48,616 bases of DNA from Vermamoeba vermiformis (lineage: Eukaryota): NCBI GenBank assembly GCA_045837725.1, contig JBEWZL010000048.1:248001-296616 (forward strand), in the 5' to 3' direction. Below, in pieces: positions 1 to 12,746 of this stretch (position 1 is its first letter; each line of letters begins with the position of its first letter). The translations under genes were made by a program, and so were the position numbers. The notes under the pieces were generated by a model that did not search any database, was not told the DNA's origin, and saw only the letters and a list, made by a program, of their open reading frames with translations.

Positions 1-3000
1 GGACTACGAGGGCGAGGAAGAAGGCGAGCCTGAGGATGACAAACCGCTCTCTAAGAGTGGCAACAAAATGCTGGACAAGTTTCACGACATGTCCGTCAAA
101 GAGCGACGGAGAATGGTAAGCCACTATTGTACCATTGGTCTATCGATCGTAACACGTGCACCAGCAAAAACAAGAGTCGTGGAAGCAGAAGAACAAGCAC
201 AAGTACGCGTTCTTGGAGCAGATCATGGACGAGAACAAGAACCCCAAGGGCAGTCCCAACTATGACCCGCGCACGCTGTACATCCCCGCACAGGCCTATG
301 CCAACATGACGCCCTTCGAGAAGCAGTACTGGGACATCAAGCGCAATCACTTCGACACGGTGATCTTCTTCAAGAAGGGCATGTTCTACGAACTGTTCGA
401 GACTGACGCCGAGATTGGTCACCGCGAGCTCGATCTCAAGATGACTGATCGCGTCAACATGCGCATGGTCGGACTGCCTGCAAAGCACTTCACGCATTGG
501 GCTGCAAAGTTGATTGCCCTCGGCTACAAAGTGGCTAAAGTCGAGCAGTTAGAGACACCACTCGCGATGGCTAAGCGTCAAGGTGTCAAAGGAGCACGTG
601 ACGTGAAAGATGTCGTGTTGAAGCGCGAACTGACACTCATCATGACACCTGCCACGATAGTCGATGAGAGTCTGCTCTCCACTCCTCAGGCGACGTACTT
701 GCTCGCGCTCAAGGTCAGTAATTGACACCTGTCACGCGCGATTAACATGTTGACACCTGTCAGGAGGACATTGAGCGCATTCACTACGGCATTTGTCTCG
801 TGGACACGGCCACTGGTGAGTTCAAATTGGGGCACTTCGAGGTGAGTGTTTGACACTTGGCATTGACACGTGTCACTCACGCCATGTGTTAGGATGACAA
901 AGCACGCACGCAGTTCCAGACAATGTTGTTTCAAACTCGTCCGCGCGAAGTGGTGTTCGAGAAGGGTGCGCTGAGTGCTGTGACCATCAAACTGTTGCGC
1001 CAACAGCTCAGTCACGTGATCTTCACGCCACTCAATGCCAAGCAGTGTTGGGATGCACAGACCACACTGGACAAGTTGACATTTGAGTCGTACTTCTACC
1101 AGGGCACTGTCACTGACTACGACAAGGGTATGCGATTGCCGTTCATGAATAGATCTAATTGCCTTATTTAGTAAAAGAGAATTGGCCGACAGTGCTCACA
1201 CAGTTCAAAGACAACACGCACGTGATTACCGCACTTGGCACGTGCATCGCTTATTTGAATGAGGCACGTGACCTATTATAAGCGCATATTCAATGCTAAC
1301 CTATTTTTAGCTCAAAATCGATCAACAGCTCGTGTCGCTGAAGAATTTCGGTGAATATAATGTGCTGGGCGAGGCGGAACATTTAATTCTAGACGGCAAG
1401 AGCTTGTTCAATTTGGAGATTGTCGGTACGTATCACCCGCGCGTTATTTCCTAAAAAGGTAATTGATCTGTCGCAGAGAACAATCACGACTTGACAGCTG
1501 AAGGCACACTGCTGCACGTGATCGATGATTGCCGCACCGCTTTTGGTAAGACGTCGCCATCACCGATACACGATTAATGTCCAAATTAGGCAAGCGCTTG
1601 TTGAAGCAGTGGCTGTGTCATCCACTCAAAGACATCAACGCCATCAACGATCGCTTGAATGCTGTCGCGGATCTGATCGCAGCGGATGATCTCGCTGGTA
1701 TGTGGCACATAACGGTGCTGGCATTGAGCTCACCTTCCTAATTTAGAAAATATGCGGAAAAATTTGAAGAAGTTGCCCGATCTCCAGCGCACAATCTCGC
1801 GCATTCACGCAGGTCACGTGACACTGGCTGAGTTTGTGACAGTGCTGGACGCATTTGAGCACATTCACGTACGTACTTGCCTAATTAGGAAAGACGAGTG
1901 CTGATCTAATTTTAGAACTTCATGACGGAGATTCAAAGTCACGTTGAAGAATTCAGTTCTGTCACGCTGAAGCATATTACCAAATTAGGAGAAGGCATGC
2001 CTAATTTTGTCGATGAATTACAGCGTATTTGCAGCTCTTTCGACAGAACAAGTGCAATGACTAGCGGGCGCATCAATCCCAAATCAGGATTTGCCCCCGA
2101 ATACGACACAGCTGTCAGTCACGTGACTGCATTCGAACAGCAGTTGACGGCACATCTCAAGTGAGTGGCGGAACAACTCGTGACGGAATAACTAACTGAC
2201 ATCTACTAGGGCCCAACAAGCACACTTCAAGTCGACCAAAGTGACGTTCAAAGATATCGGCAAAGACTTGTACGTCGAGACAGTACTTTGAGCCCGCGCA
2301 GTACTCATGCAGCTATTTTTAGGTACCTTATTGAAGTGCCCTCTGAATTGTTGCAAAAGATTCCCAAGCCCAATGGCTACATCTTGCGCGGCCAGACTTC
2401 TGTGAGTGACACTTTGACACCTGTCATCTACTGCTCTCCACTCATTCTGTTTCACAGAAATTACATCGATTCTACACCGACACCATCACGGAAATATTGC
2501 CTAAATTGGCAGAAGCGAAAGAAGAGTTGGCAGGTACGTCATTTCCTAATTAGTCAATTCGTAGGACTCACGCCACTCTATAATTAGCGTCAGAAGCGGG
2601 TCTGTTGCAGACATATCTGCACGCATTCGACGCACACTACGCGCACTGGTCACGTGTCTTGGACTGTCTCGCGGAACTCGACTGTTTGCTGTCGCTGGCC
2701 AGCTGTTCGAGCAAGAGTACGTATTGCCTAATCAGGAAAGCACCACTGACCTGCACACAGACAACACGTGTCGCCCACAGTTCATCGATCCCGATACTGT
2801 CGCTGGTCCTATTTTGGACATTGAAAATCTCCGTCATCCGTGCTTGGTAGAGCGGTAAGTGCCTGCTTTCCATATTTAGTAATGCTGACACGTGCCAGCA
2901 TGCCCGACACATTCATCCCGAACTCCATCAAACTCGGCAATGGTGAGCCCTTGGTGGTGCTGTTGACGGGGCCGAATATGGGCGGCAAGTCCACCGTGCT

Positions 3001-3773
3001 GCGCCAGACCTCGATTGCGGTGATTATGGCGCAGATTGGCTGCTACGTGTTTGCAGACAAGTGCGTGCTGACCCCTGTGGACCGCATCTTCACGCGCATT
3101 GGTGCACAGGACCACATCTTTGAAGGCCAGAGCACCTTCATGGTCGAGTTGATTGAAGCAGGTCTCGTGCTGCATCAAGCCACGCAACACTCGCTGGTCA
3201 TATTGGACGAGCTCGGTCGCGGCACTTCGACCTTCGACGGCTATTCACTGGCCTATGCCGTGCTGCAGTACATCAGTGCGATGATTGGCTGTCGCACGCT
3301 GTTCTCCACGCACTATCACATGCTGACCGATGAGTTCAAAGACAACGCTGCTGTAGCGCTGCATCACATGAAGTGCATCACTGACCCCGTGCAGTACGTG
3401 CAATGTAATTGGTAGTGGTAGTGGACTAACATTGGACCTAGGAACAAGATTACGTTCTTGTATCAAATGGATCGCGGCGTGTGTCCGAAGAGCTACGGAA
3501 TGAATGTCGCACACATGGCCAACTTACCTTTGCAGGTGATTCAAGCCGCGGAAATTAAAGCAAAGACATTTGAAGAGGCGTCGCAGCTGGGACACTACAA
3601 GTAAGCCAGGTCATATTACAGCTGCGTGTACTGACTTTGCTAGGAATTACACGCGTATGAAGGCGCAATCTATTCGTCTGACAGCGTCGCTTCAAACGCT
3701 GTACGAGATCTTGAGCAGCGATGACGAGACTAAACTAAAGCGACTGTGGCAAGACTTGAATGAGCGGAAATAA
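1..3773 (+). CDS. MSH6: DNA mismatch repair protein MSH6 (MutS homolog), 5' end outside window, ~16 short introns
   Basis: Spliced exons give the mismatch-binding domain ([38 protein letters not shown]), ATPase P-loop [21 protein letters not shown], Walker [21 protein letters not shown] and [10 protein letters not shown]. Introns e.g. 116-164, 714-763, 842-892, 1264-1310 (GC-AG), 2402-2457, 3601-3643. Stop TAA 3771-3773. Confidence 0.95.
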
Positions 3774-3820
3774 AACATGTACGATACATTAATGTAACAC
3801 TTTATTTACAAGTTGCGCAG

Positions 3821-6800
3821 CTAAGGCTTGGGTGGAGGTCGCTTGGGGGGTGTCGATGAATTTTTCGGCGGATTGAAGGGTGGAATGTAAAACGAGGGCG
3901 AGCTTTTAGCACTGACTTTAGGGGGTGCCTTGGGCGCAGTAGGCAACATTTTGAATGGTCGCAGAGGCTTGGGCGAGTCACCGCCTGCATGGGGAGGACT
4001 GACGGCAGTCTGATCGGGCGACAGATCTTGCGACACTTTGCGACTGACAATCACCACTCCTCGTCCACGGAATGTCGGTGAGGGCGAGTGACTCGCAGCA
4101 TCGCTCTCAGGAGAGGAAGATGGCTTCATTGGTGTGCTGTTCGTGCGCGGTACACTAGGGGAGACCAACACGCGCTTGGGGACCGCAGGGCTCTTGGCTG
4201 GCGGCGAGTTGTTGGGCGAGGGCAGATTGTTCACGAGCACGGCGTTGGCTGAACTAGCCCGCACACGCGCATCACCGATTGTGATAGCTCTGCGAGTCAC
4301 ACCGCCAGAGGTTGGAGTGGTGGGCTGTTCAATAGAGGGTGGTCTGTTGGTAGACGAGGGCTCGGTGAGACTCGACACATTCGCGGAGTTCGGTGCGGTG
4401 GGGGTGGAGCGAACAAGAGGCGTGGAGCGGGGACTGGGCTCTGGTGAGCGGACTCGCGGTGAAATGATGGGGCGTGGTGACGAGCGCGGTGAAGCGACAG
4501 GACTGTCTTTGTCAATGTAGTTCTGAATCACATTCTCGTTCATGTTGCGCGGTGACTTGGTCTTGGTGTCTTCAGTTTGCTTCTCCACAGTACTGTCTGC
4601 TCCATTGCCATTGGCTATGTTGATGTTGGTGGCATGGTTGATAACATTGTTGTTATTGGTCGACACGCTGTCAGAACGTCTGACACTAGTCCATGAACTG
4701 GATGGCGTGGAGTTGGGCGGCGAGTCCACTTTGAATGTGCCGGACAGGCGCCTGTCTTCCCAACTGCTGCTCAGTCCCAGTGTGTCCACTCGCTGAGGGA
4801 GCTGTTGTTTCACGACTATCTTCTCGATGTTGTTATTGTTCGGTGGGGTTTCTTTCTTGGGCGTGAGCGGACTAGTCGATGGAGTGCTTGGCTTGCTGTT
4901 CGGCTTGACATTGGTGTTGTTCTCAAACTCTTCTTCCTCCGTAATGGACTCGAAGCGCATCGTGATGAAGCAGCGAGACGGTGTTGGTTGAAAGTTAATG
5001 CTGCGGAACATACTGTTAGTGTCATAGTACTACAAGAGGGGCACTTACTTCTTTTTGCCTCTGAGTATCATCACGCACTGGTCGAATGAAGGTCGTCGTG
5101 CTGGATCATTGTCCCAACAAGCTCTGTGTAGTGTGAGTAATGGGGTGCACTGAATATATCGAGTACTTACTGTATCAACGAGGTATAATAGGCCGGTGCA
5201 TCACTCGGAATGACAGGTCTTTCACCTTTGCAGATCTTGTCCTCGAGTTCTGACATGAATTTCACCTCGTGGAAGAAGTCCTGGCCCGTGCTCATCTCCC
5301 ACAAGATCACACCGAATGCGTACACGTCCACTTTCTCAGAGTAAGACTTGGCCTCTAAGATTTCAGGGGCCAGCCATACGGGATTGTCAACGACTTTGCC
5401 GTGCAAACTTGAGCTCCACACGAGACCACGTGACAGACCAAAATCAGCAATCTTCGCCACGGGATATTTTCTACTCGACTCTCGTTTGAGCAGAATGTTG
5501 GGGGACTTCAAGTCGCGGTGAATGATGGGCGGGGTCGTTGAGTGCAAGAACTTCATGCCGGTAGCAATATCGAGTGCCAGGGATTCAATCTCGTCCCAGG
5601 CCATTGTGGCGCGATGCTTGTGCACATAGTCATATAAATTGCCTGCGTCCATGTACTCTAATAGCATTGCTAAGGGCTTCGTGCAGACACCTTTCAGCTG
5701 CACCAAGTTCTCGGACTTAATACCGCTGTGCAAAAAAAGAGTCAGTAATGCATCACTGGTGACAGAGTGCCTCGTACCTCATCAGCCACACTTCGCGACG
5801 GAATTCAGTGAACACTTGATTGAACGACTCTTCTTTGTCTTTGGTGCCGAATTCTTCGACGATCAGTTGTTTCACAGCCAACTGCTGCCCGTGCCAAGTG
5901 CCGCGGTACACAACTGCATAGCCACCGCGTCCGAGCTCCTCTTCGCACTGCACAATGAGTTAGTACTAAGATCTGTTAGACTAGTGCCTGCTTACTTTAA
6001 CGTCTCTCCAATCAACTTTTGTCGCCGCGAAGCCAAATGAACTCGAGCCCAATGTCAGGTCAGGCGCGAGAGTGTCAATGCGCACTTGTTCTGTGCCGCA
6101 CGACACGAACATTTCACCGCGACTGACGAGATTTTGCAGATCTGAGTGACGAAGTTAGTTTTGTTTCGTTGTGGCTGTCATTGGCACTTACGTTCAAATG
6201 AAAAGTTATTCACAGGACGGCGTTCATTGATGCAGTGATTGCAAGGGATGGTGATAGTGACCTTCACCGACGACAACCAGTCGCGGATCAGCTGTTCAAT
6301 GTCGTCGATGATGGGTCCCAAGTGACTGCTGCCACTGGGTCCTCGGAGTTTGGCTTGAATGGTGTACTTGACGGGATCAAATGTCAAGAACAGACCCGCT
6401 TGATCTTTGTACAACACAATGCCGTGGGCCCAAAACACTTTCGCTTGCCAATGCCCGTGCAGCAGTCTCACCATCAACTTCGGGAAGAATCCGTTGGGCA
6501 AGAACGCGAACTCGTAATTGCGTCCTAACTGCACCGCCGAGTCTTCAATTTCAGGCCAATATTTGTCAATCTCTGCACGTGACGGCGGTGTCTCGGGCAA
6601 CAGTGCTGGGACCATGCTGAACCCTTCATTGGCGAAGATAGTTCGTTGCACCGCCAAGTGCAGATTCTTCTTGCCAGGGTTCTTGAGTAAATCAGGGGTG
6701 ATTTCAATGTTGCTGATGGCCGAGCCTTTCAATCGGTGCAACAGTTCAAATCGCTCGAGGACAGCAATCAAATAAGGATGAATCTCCGAGGGATAGCCCG

Positions 6801-9437
6801 CTTTAGTCCACAAGTTGCCAAGGTTCTGAATTAATATTAGCACTAGTGCGCATTTAACTATTGACAGTACTTACATCGTGCTGCAAAATGCCAGCGCGGA
6901 CCATGTTCGGTTTGAGTGTGAAAATTGTTTTGAAGACGCCAATCAGCCACTGCGTGTCTAAGATGACGGTGTCTTTCAGTCCTGAACTTTCTTCGTCGAA
7001 GTAAATCAATGTCCCCAAATTGTGCAAGAACTTAGTCGCGTTGCTGATTTCATCGTCGGTGATTAAGTCCGCACTGGCTGCAACTTTTTTCCAATCTGCA
7101 AATGACATGGTAGGGACTGTGGACATGGCGCCAATAGCCTTAGCACTCTCTTCCAAACTCAAATAACTCACAGGACGTGTCTCTTCAATGCCCAATGTGG
7201 CCTTGTACTTCTTGTCCAAGCACACCTGTTTGATGGCCTTAATGACTTCTTTCACTGACGCCTTCCATTTGTCCTTGGCATCGGGGAATTGAGAGCTGAT
7301 GAGCAGGTGTTGAATTCGTTTGAAGCGTGATATGCGCTGTCGAATAGTGTCCAGAGCAGCGGCGTGATCTTTCTTCGGCACGAGATCTCCCTTCGAACAG
7401 ACGACAATGATCGGGGCATCAGGGGCGCGGACTTCAATGGACTGCAGCCAGTAATCGAGTCGCGCAATTTGTTGCATGCGCTCTTGATCGTTCTTGCTGA
7501 TAATTTGTGGCAGTGAACAGCACACAATGAACAATGACCGCGAGTTCAAGAAGATGCTGTGCGTGGCGTAATAGACCTCTTGGCCTGCAAAGTCCCACAC
7601 TTGAAAGGTGATGGCTTGCTCGTCAGGTGTGGCCGAGGGTATTTTCTCATCGGTGACCGTCACTTTTGCTTTGATTTCAATTTTAGAAATGTCAATGCCG
7701 TCCGTGCCGATATTCTTTCCTAATGTAGGCATTGATGCTCCAGTAGCTTGTCGTCGACCACAAGTCAATTCTAACGCTTTGACTGTAAAAAGTGTTAGCA
7801 AATGGAGGACTAGGAACACAATTATTATGACATACCCAGTGTTGACTTGCCCACACCTCCGTCACCGACAATCATCAGTTTGGAGCGATTGACTACGCGC
7901 GAACCTTTGTAAATCTTTTCCAAAAATTCCAACACATTTTCTTTCGCAGTCAGTTTGAGCATTGACTGCGGCACTTTCTCTAAGTTCATGTTGCCACCGA
8001 CTTTGAAGTGCTTCAAGTGACCCATTGGCGGATAGACCATCGACAGTGGTATGCGCAGCAATCTGTTGTTCTCCGCTTCAAAATCTGTCAACTCGCGCAA
8101 CAGGCCCATTGTCTCGGGCAACTCTTGCAGTAAATTGTTGTTGATCGTGAATACATTCAACGACACCAATCGTCCGATCTCAGGTGGTAGTGCGGATATT
8201 TTGTTGTCGTTCAGTGAAAGGAACACGAGCTTGGTCAATTCACCAATCTTTGGGGTGACTTTTTCACACTGGCAATGCTCTAGCATCAACCGAGTGAGTG
8301 AAGTCAGTGCACCAATCTCATCGGGCACACAAGGCAACAGTCGTTTGAGTGTTGTGCCGCGGTCATTCACCGTCTCAAAGCCCATCAATCGTGCGTGCAC
8401 AATCTCCAATTCTTGCAAATTCTTCAGTGCTGTTATTTCCTGAGGTAACGTGAGCTCGTAGAGTGAATCACGATTATCAGCGGGTGTCAATATAATACGA
8501 AGTTCAGTGAGTGATTGCAGCATAGAGATGTCTGCGTGCAAGTTGTTGAATGCCCTTGCAAAGACAGTTAGCACTGGTAACGCCTTCATTTGCGAGTACT
8601 TACTTGCAACTAAGCAGTGAAAGCTTAGTTAACTTTGACAAACGCCTTATTTCTTTCGGAAGGTCGTGTACGAGCTGCTTGTTGTTGAATCCAACGAGTG
8701 TCATCTCTTCAACATCGGTAAGTTGTAAAAGAATCCTATTTAAAACCTTTTCTTCCCATCTCTGAGGTATTTCAACAATTTTAGTATTTCCTTCGATCGC
8801 CTAAACACCCAGTTAGTTGAGATCGAAGTAATAAAAGTATTACCTGTCGAATTTTATAATTAATTGCAACAGCGTTTCTGACCCTATCTATCGTTTCTTT
8901 AATTTTTTTGTCCTCGGAATAATCACCTCCAATTAAGGAATTGACAAAACCCAAGTTGTAATTCTCATTGTCGCGGCTCTTGTCAATAATATTTGAATTT
9001 TCTTGACCAATATCACATTCAATGAGTCCATAATTTGTTTTTTCGATAGCTTCGGCAAATTTGAGAAACTGGCCCCCTGTGGCTCCCAAGGTGGTTGCTT
9101 TTAATTTTTTGAGTACCTGGTTCTGCCCAAGACAACTCGCCAATTCCTTCAGAACCGTATCTCCGGCTCTGCACGAGCTAATATCAAATTCTGTAAGTGT
9201 ATTCGAGTGCCGTAGGTATTTGCTAATGTACAATCCAAGATCGTAAGTGAACGCCAAAAATTCTTCTCGTTGCCTCCTATCCAACTTGTCGTTTTTGCTC
9301 TCGCTAATTCCATAAATATCTCGTAATATTTTTTCAGACACATTGAAGTAGGTTAAGTTCTTTTGGCCAAACTCATCGACCCAGGGATGAGAAGCAGGCC
9401 GTGAAAAATCCTGCACTTTGTCTGTTAAGTCTGCCAT
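3821..9437 (-). CDS. Roco-family protein kinase (LRR-ROC-COR-TKL kinase) with long Ser/Pro-rich C-tail
   Basis: RI-type then typical LRRs (LSLNDNKISALPPEIGRL); ROC GTPase motifs IVGDGGVGKSTL, TDGIDI, WDFAGQEVYYATH; COR region (FLHNLGTLIYF, LPNGFFPKLMVRLL); kinase LGRGGYAVVY, AVKQL, HRDLKSPNILL, DFG, WLAPE. About 8 GT-AG introns. Start is ATG 9437, or 9581 with an extra 39-nt intron. Confidence 0.93.
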
Positions 9438-9993
9438 ACTAAGGCTGTTCAAGGATTCATATCTGCCTTGTATTGCACTCTGTTCGGTTGGGAAGTGAAG
9501 TTAGCGGAGGTGCGGTACAAATTTTGCTTCGCATGAAATTTCCTTCCGATTTCTTTGGTTGTGTCGTGTCCTCCACTCCATTAGCGCTAAAAGGGAGTAG
9601 TCTATCTGTGACACACGCTCATTAATGAAGTTTCCGTCCAAGCTCGGGTACTAGTCAGAAATTTTTGCTGCGTACCATTTGTCTGCACCAGCTATTTTAA
9701 ACACAACAAATTACTTTTTTTTGAAATTCTTTTTCATTTTTTCTTTATTACTACAAACACTTGTTCATATTTGATCCTCTTGCGAGGAGATGACAGTAAC
9801 CCGTGGAGAGCTCAGCGATGATCCACTAGAACATTAATGGGAGGACATGATGAGATTCAGATACTACTGATAAGATTCAATGACGGTAAACACACTCTGA
9901 TCCGTCCCGAAAAAATAATTTAAATATTTCAATTATTTTCAAAATAATTATTTTTTATTTACAACGCGTCTAATTACAATTATTTAACCTTCA

Positions 9994-12671
9994 TCACTTT
10001 GGTAAACACGAAGAATGTACATAAAAAAACATGTAACCTGTTTTTGCTCGTTCTGAACCAAGAGCGTATGACTCCTGAATCTAATGTAATTTGTAAATAA
10101 ACATGGCTGAACCTTCTCTATAAAAGTACATACCTGTCTAACCACTGCATCATTAAAGCAACGCCAAGTGCCCGTTTGATCGAGAATGTCAGCAACGTAG
10201 TGTCCTTCACTCATTTTGGATCCGCCGTGATGCACGACACACACGAGCCGATAGATCTCATCGCGAAGGACGGATGTGCTAGCTTTGCTCGGTTTTTTCT
10301 TGTCTTCATCGTCACTGTCTTCTAGTGCCTCAGGGTCGTGGGCAGTGTCAGTGACTTGCAGATCAAAGCCCTCGAGTTCTTCCTCCGTTGCTGACGCTGT
10401 GTCTTCCTCCCAGCGATTGTTTTCACTCGTGCCCCACTGTTCGCGTTCATCTTCACTCATGTCGTCCTCGCCACGCTCCATTTTCAATCGCTTTTCTTCT
10501 TCCAAACTTATTCTAATTGCCTCTTGTAGTTCGAGATCTTCTTTGCTCGTTTCTTTTTTGCTTTCTTCAAGGACCTTCCTTAATTCCTCGTCTTGTGAGT
10601 CTGGCGTGAACTGAAATACTTTGAACTTGTCTGACTCCTCTTTCTTCGCGTCACTCACTGCCTTGGCAGGTTCCGAAGAGAGCGGCAAAATGATTGTCTG
10701 ACGCTTGGCGGGTCTCTCACACTCACTCGGAGTCAATGTAGATGCGAGTCTCTTCTTTTCTTTTTGCTCTTCAGCTAGTTTTTCCTCTTTTAAAGTTGCC
10801 TCTAAACGCTTCGTACTCCGCTTGATATTTTCTTCGACTAACTTTGTGTCGAAGGAAATTGGTTCTTTGGTGTCGCTTGTGCAATATTGCTCTGTCAAGA
10901 ATTGTTAGCGGCGCTACATTAAATGCTAGCGTCGAAGCACTTACTCAAATTTAAGACTTTCTTAATCGGAACTGGCGTGTGCAACTTCTCATAGGACTGA
11001 GTTTCGTAGTTTTGTTTGAATCGCTTCAAGTGCAGGGCGAGCACTCGAGGCAAACGATGAAATCTGTGTTGAATTACAGCTCTACCGTGACCACATTTCT
11101 CACACTTCTTGTCAATGTCTTCATCTTCAAAGAACATGTCAAACAAGTGCTGAATGTTTGGATGATCTCCCACTTCTTGCATGAACCTGGAGGATCTTTC
11201 GTCATCCCACTCTTGGTGCCTGCTGAGTTTCAGCGCCAAAAAATCATCACGTGGAATAATGTCGACTGATAGATTGTTGTACAACTCTTTGACTACGGAC
11301 TTATCGTGACAGCTGTCAAAGAAATTAGGCGACTACATATTAAAGGATTATGACCGACCTTAGACATTCGATTGTATGCTTAATAACCATGTTAAAGTTG
11401 CGCGATGAAGGACACAACATTGTCGCGCGGTCACCATAACGCAGTTTCTTCTTGCCTTGCTTCTTCCGTTTAATTCTTAGGTAGGGTAACAGATCGGCTT
11501 CTAATTGCTGCAAACAGCTCGTAAAAAATTCGTGTGCGTCTTGTTGTGCATAGCCAGCAAATCGGTCTCTGTGCTTGCCGATAGCGCGCTTCACTTTTGT
11601 CGGGTTGACGATTTTTTCGTCGGACTGAAGTGTCTTATCGATAATAGCTAACAACGAGCGATAAAAACTTGTGATTGGCAATTTTGCTTGCAATAATTCG
11701 TCATTGCCCAAATCTGTTGTGAACGGTGCAATGCCTCTGAAGGCTTGCAGAATAGCATTCATATAGCAATAATTGCCGTAGTTGGCAAGACTAAGCGAGT
11801 ATTAGTGAGTTATTATCAAATAATTAATGAACATACCCGCCATGAACGGTCGTTTGCGGAGATTTTGAGCTGGGCCAGAAATTTTGCAATGAAGTTTGCT
11901 TCGGTGAGTAGCTAGCAGACTTAGTATTTAAATGGGGGAATTTAGAGCCAGTGAATTTAGTAGGACTGCTAGTGTCCTTGCTTGCACTCGTCTTAGCTAT
12001 TTGAAGGCGCGGTCCAAACTGAGGACCAAAAATTGCTTGTTTAACTGCGATTTTTTCCATGTATCTAGAACTATTTGTCCCAGAATTCTTCCCGTAGGTT
12101 CTAGAGGGTCCTAAGTTCGGTTTCTTTGGGTGGTCGGCTGTCAAAATTAATAATTATGCGTTCTCCCAGTCGTCAAGTCGTACTTACGAATCTCTTCTTC
12201 GAGCAGTGGCTGATTGTCGATTTCCTCAAACAAAGACTTTTGGTTGCTCATTTCTTGTGCATTTGATTCTTGTTGGGAGATGACTTGCTTTAATTTCTGT
12301 GTGAACTTCTTGAAGTCCTCTGCGGATGCATAGTTTTTGACATGCTTAATTATAACAGTTGTTCCTCCAATTGACTTTATCTTTATTCTGTCGTCGGTTG
12401 ATTGAGCCACGTTGAAAGTGTCGAGCTACGAGAATATTAAAAATTGTGCCAAAAAAGTAATTTATTAATAATTACCAGATGCGAATCATAAGTCGCATTA
12501 GACTGATTTCTACCTCTAATCACGAGTTGGTCTTCATCATCATCTACTGAAAATTAATTGCGCGTTCCAGATCGATTTCCCTGATCTACCTTTCTCCAAG
12601 CAAACATCTACGCTGGCAATATCGCGGTTATCAATTGTCACATCGCAAGCTATCCTATGGACTTGGCTCAT
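9994..12671 (-). CDS. Ubiquitin-specific protease, USP37/USP26/USP29-like, with UIM insertions
   Basis: Cys box GLANYGNYCYMNAILQ (across intron ~11791-11836), QQDAHEFF, LPRVLALHLKRF, His box VVHHGGSKMSEGHYVAD, WRCFND, terminal GYMFFY. Two UIM-like motifs (DEELRKVLEES, DLELQEAIRIS) inside the catalytic domain, as in USP37. Confidence 0.88.
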
Positions 12672-12746
12672 TGTGGTGCCAATGTTGGCTGTTCAAAAAA
12701 GTAATGAACAATTTTGCGCGCCCAAAGAAATTCCGCGAAGTGAAGT

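Noticed and set aside
1-3773. Fragmented MSH6 ORFs as pseudogene or alternative genetic code
   Set aside because: Every break is explained by a short intron with donor, branch and acceptor; exons join in frame under the standard code.
4134-5089. Plus-strand ORFs opposite the Roco tail, and similar antisense ORFs elsewhere (e.g. 10276-10614, 18078-18563, 18908-19438)
   Set aside because: Shadow ORFs of well-supported genes on the other strand, with no motifs of their own.
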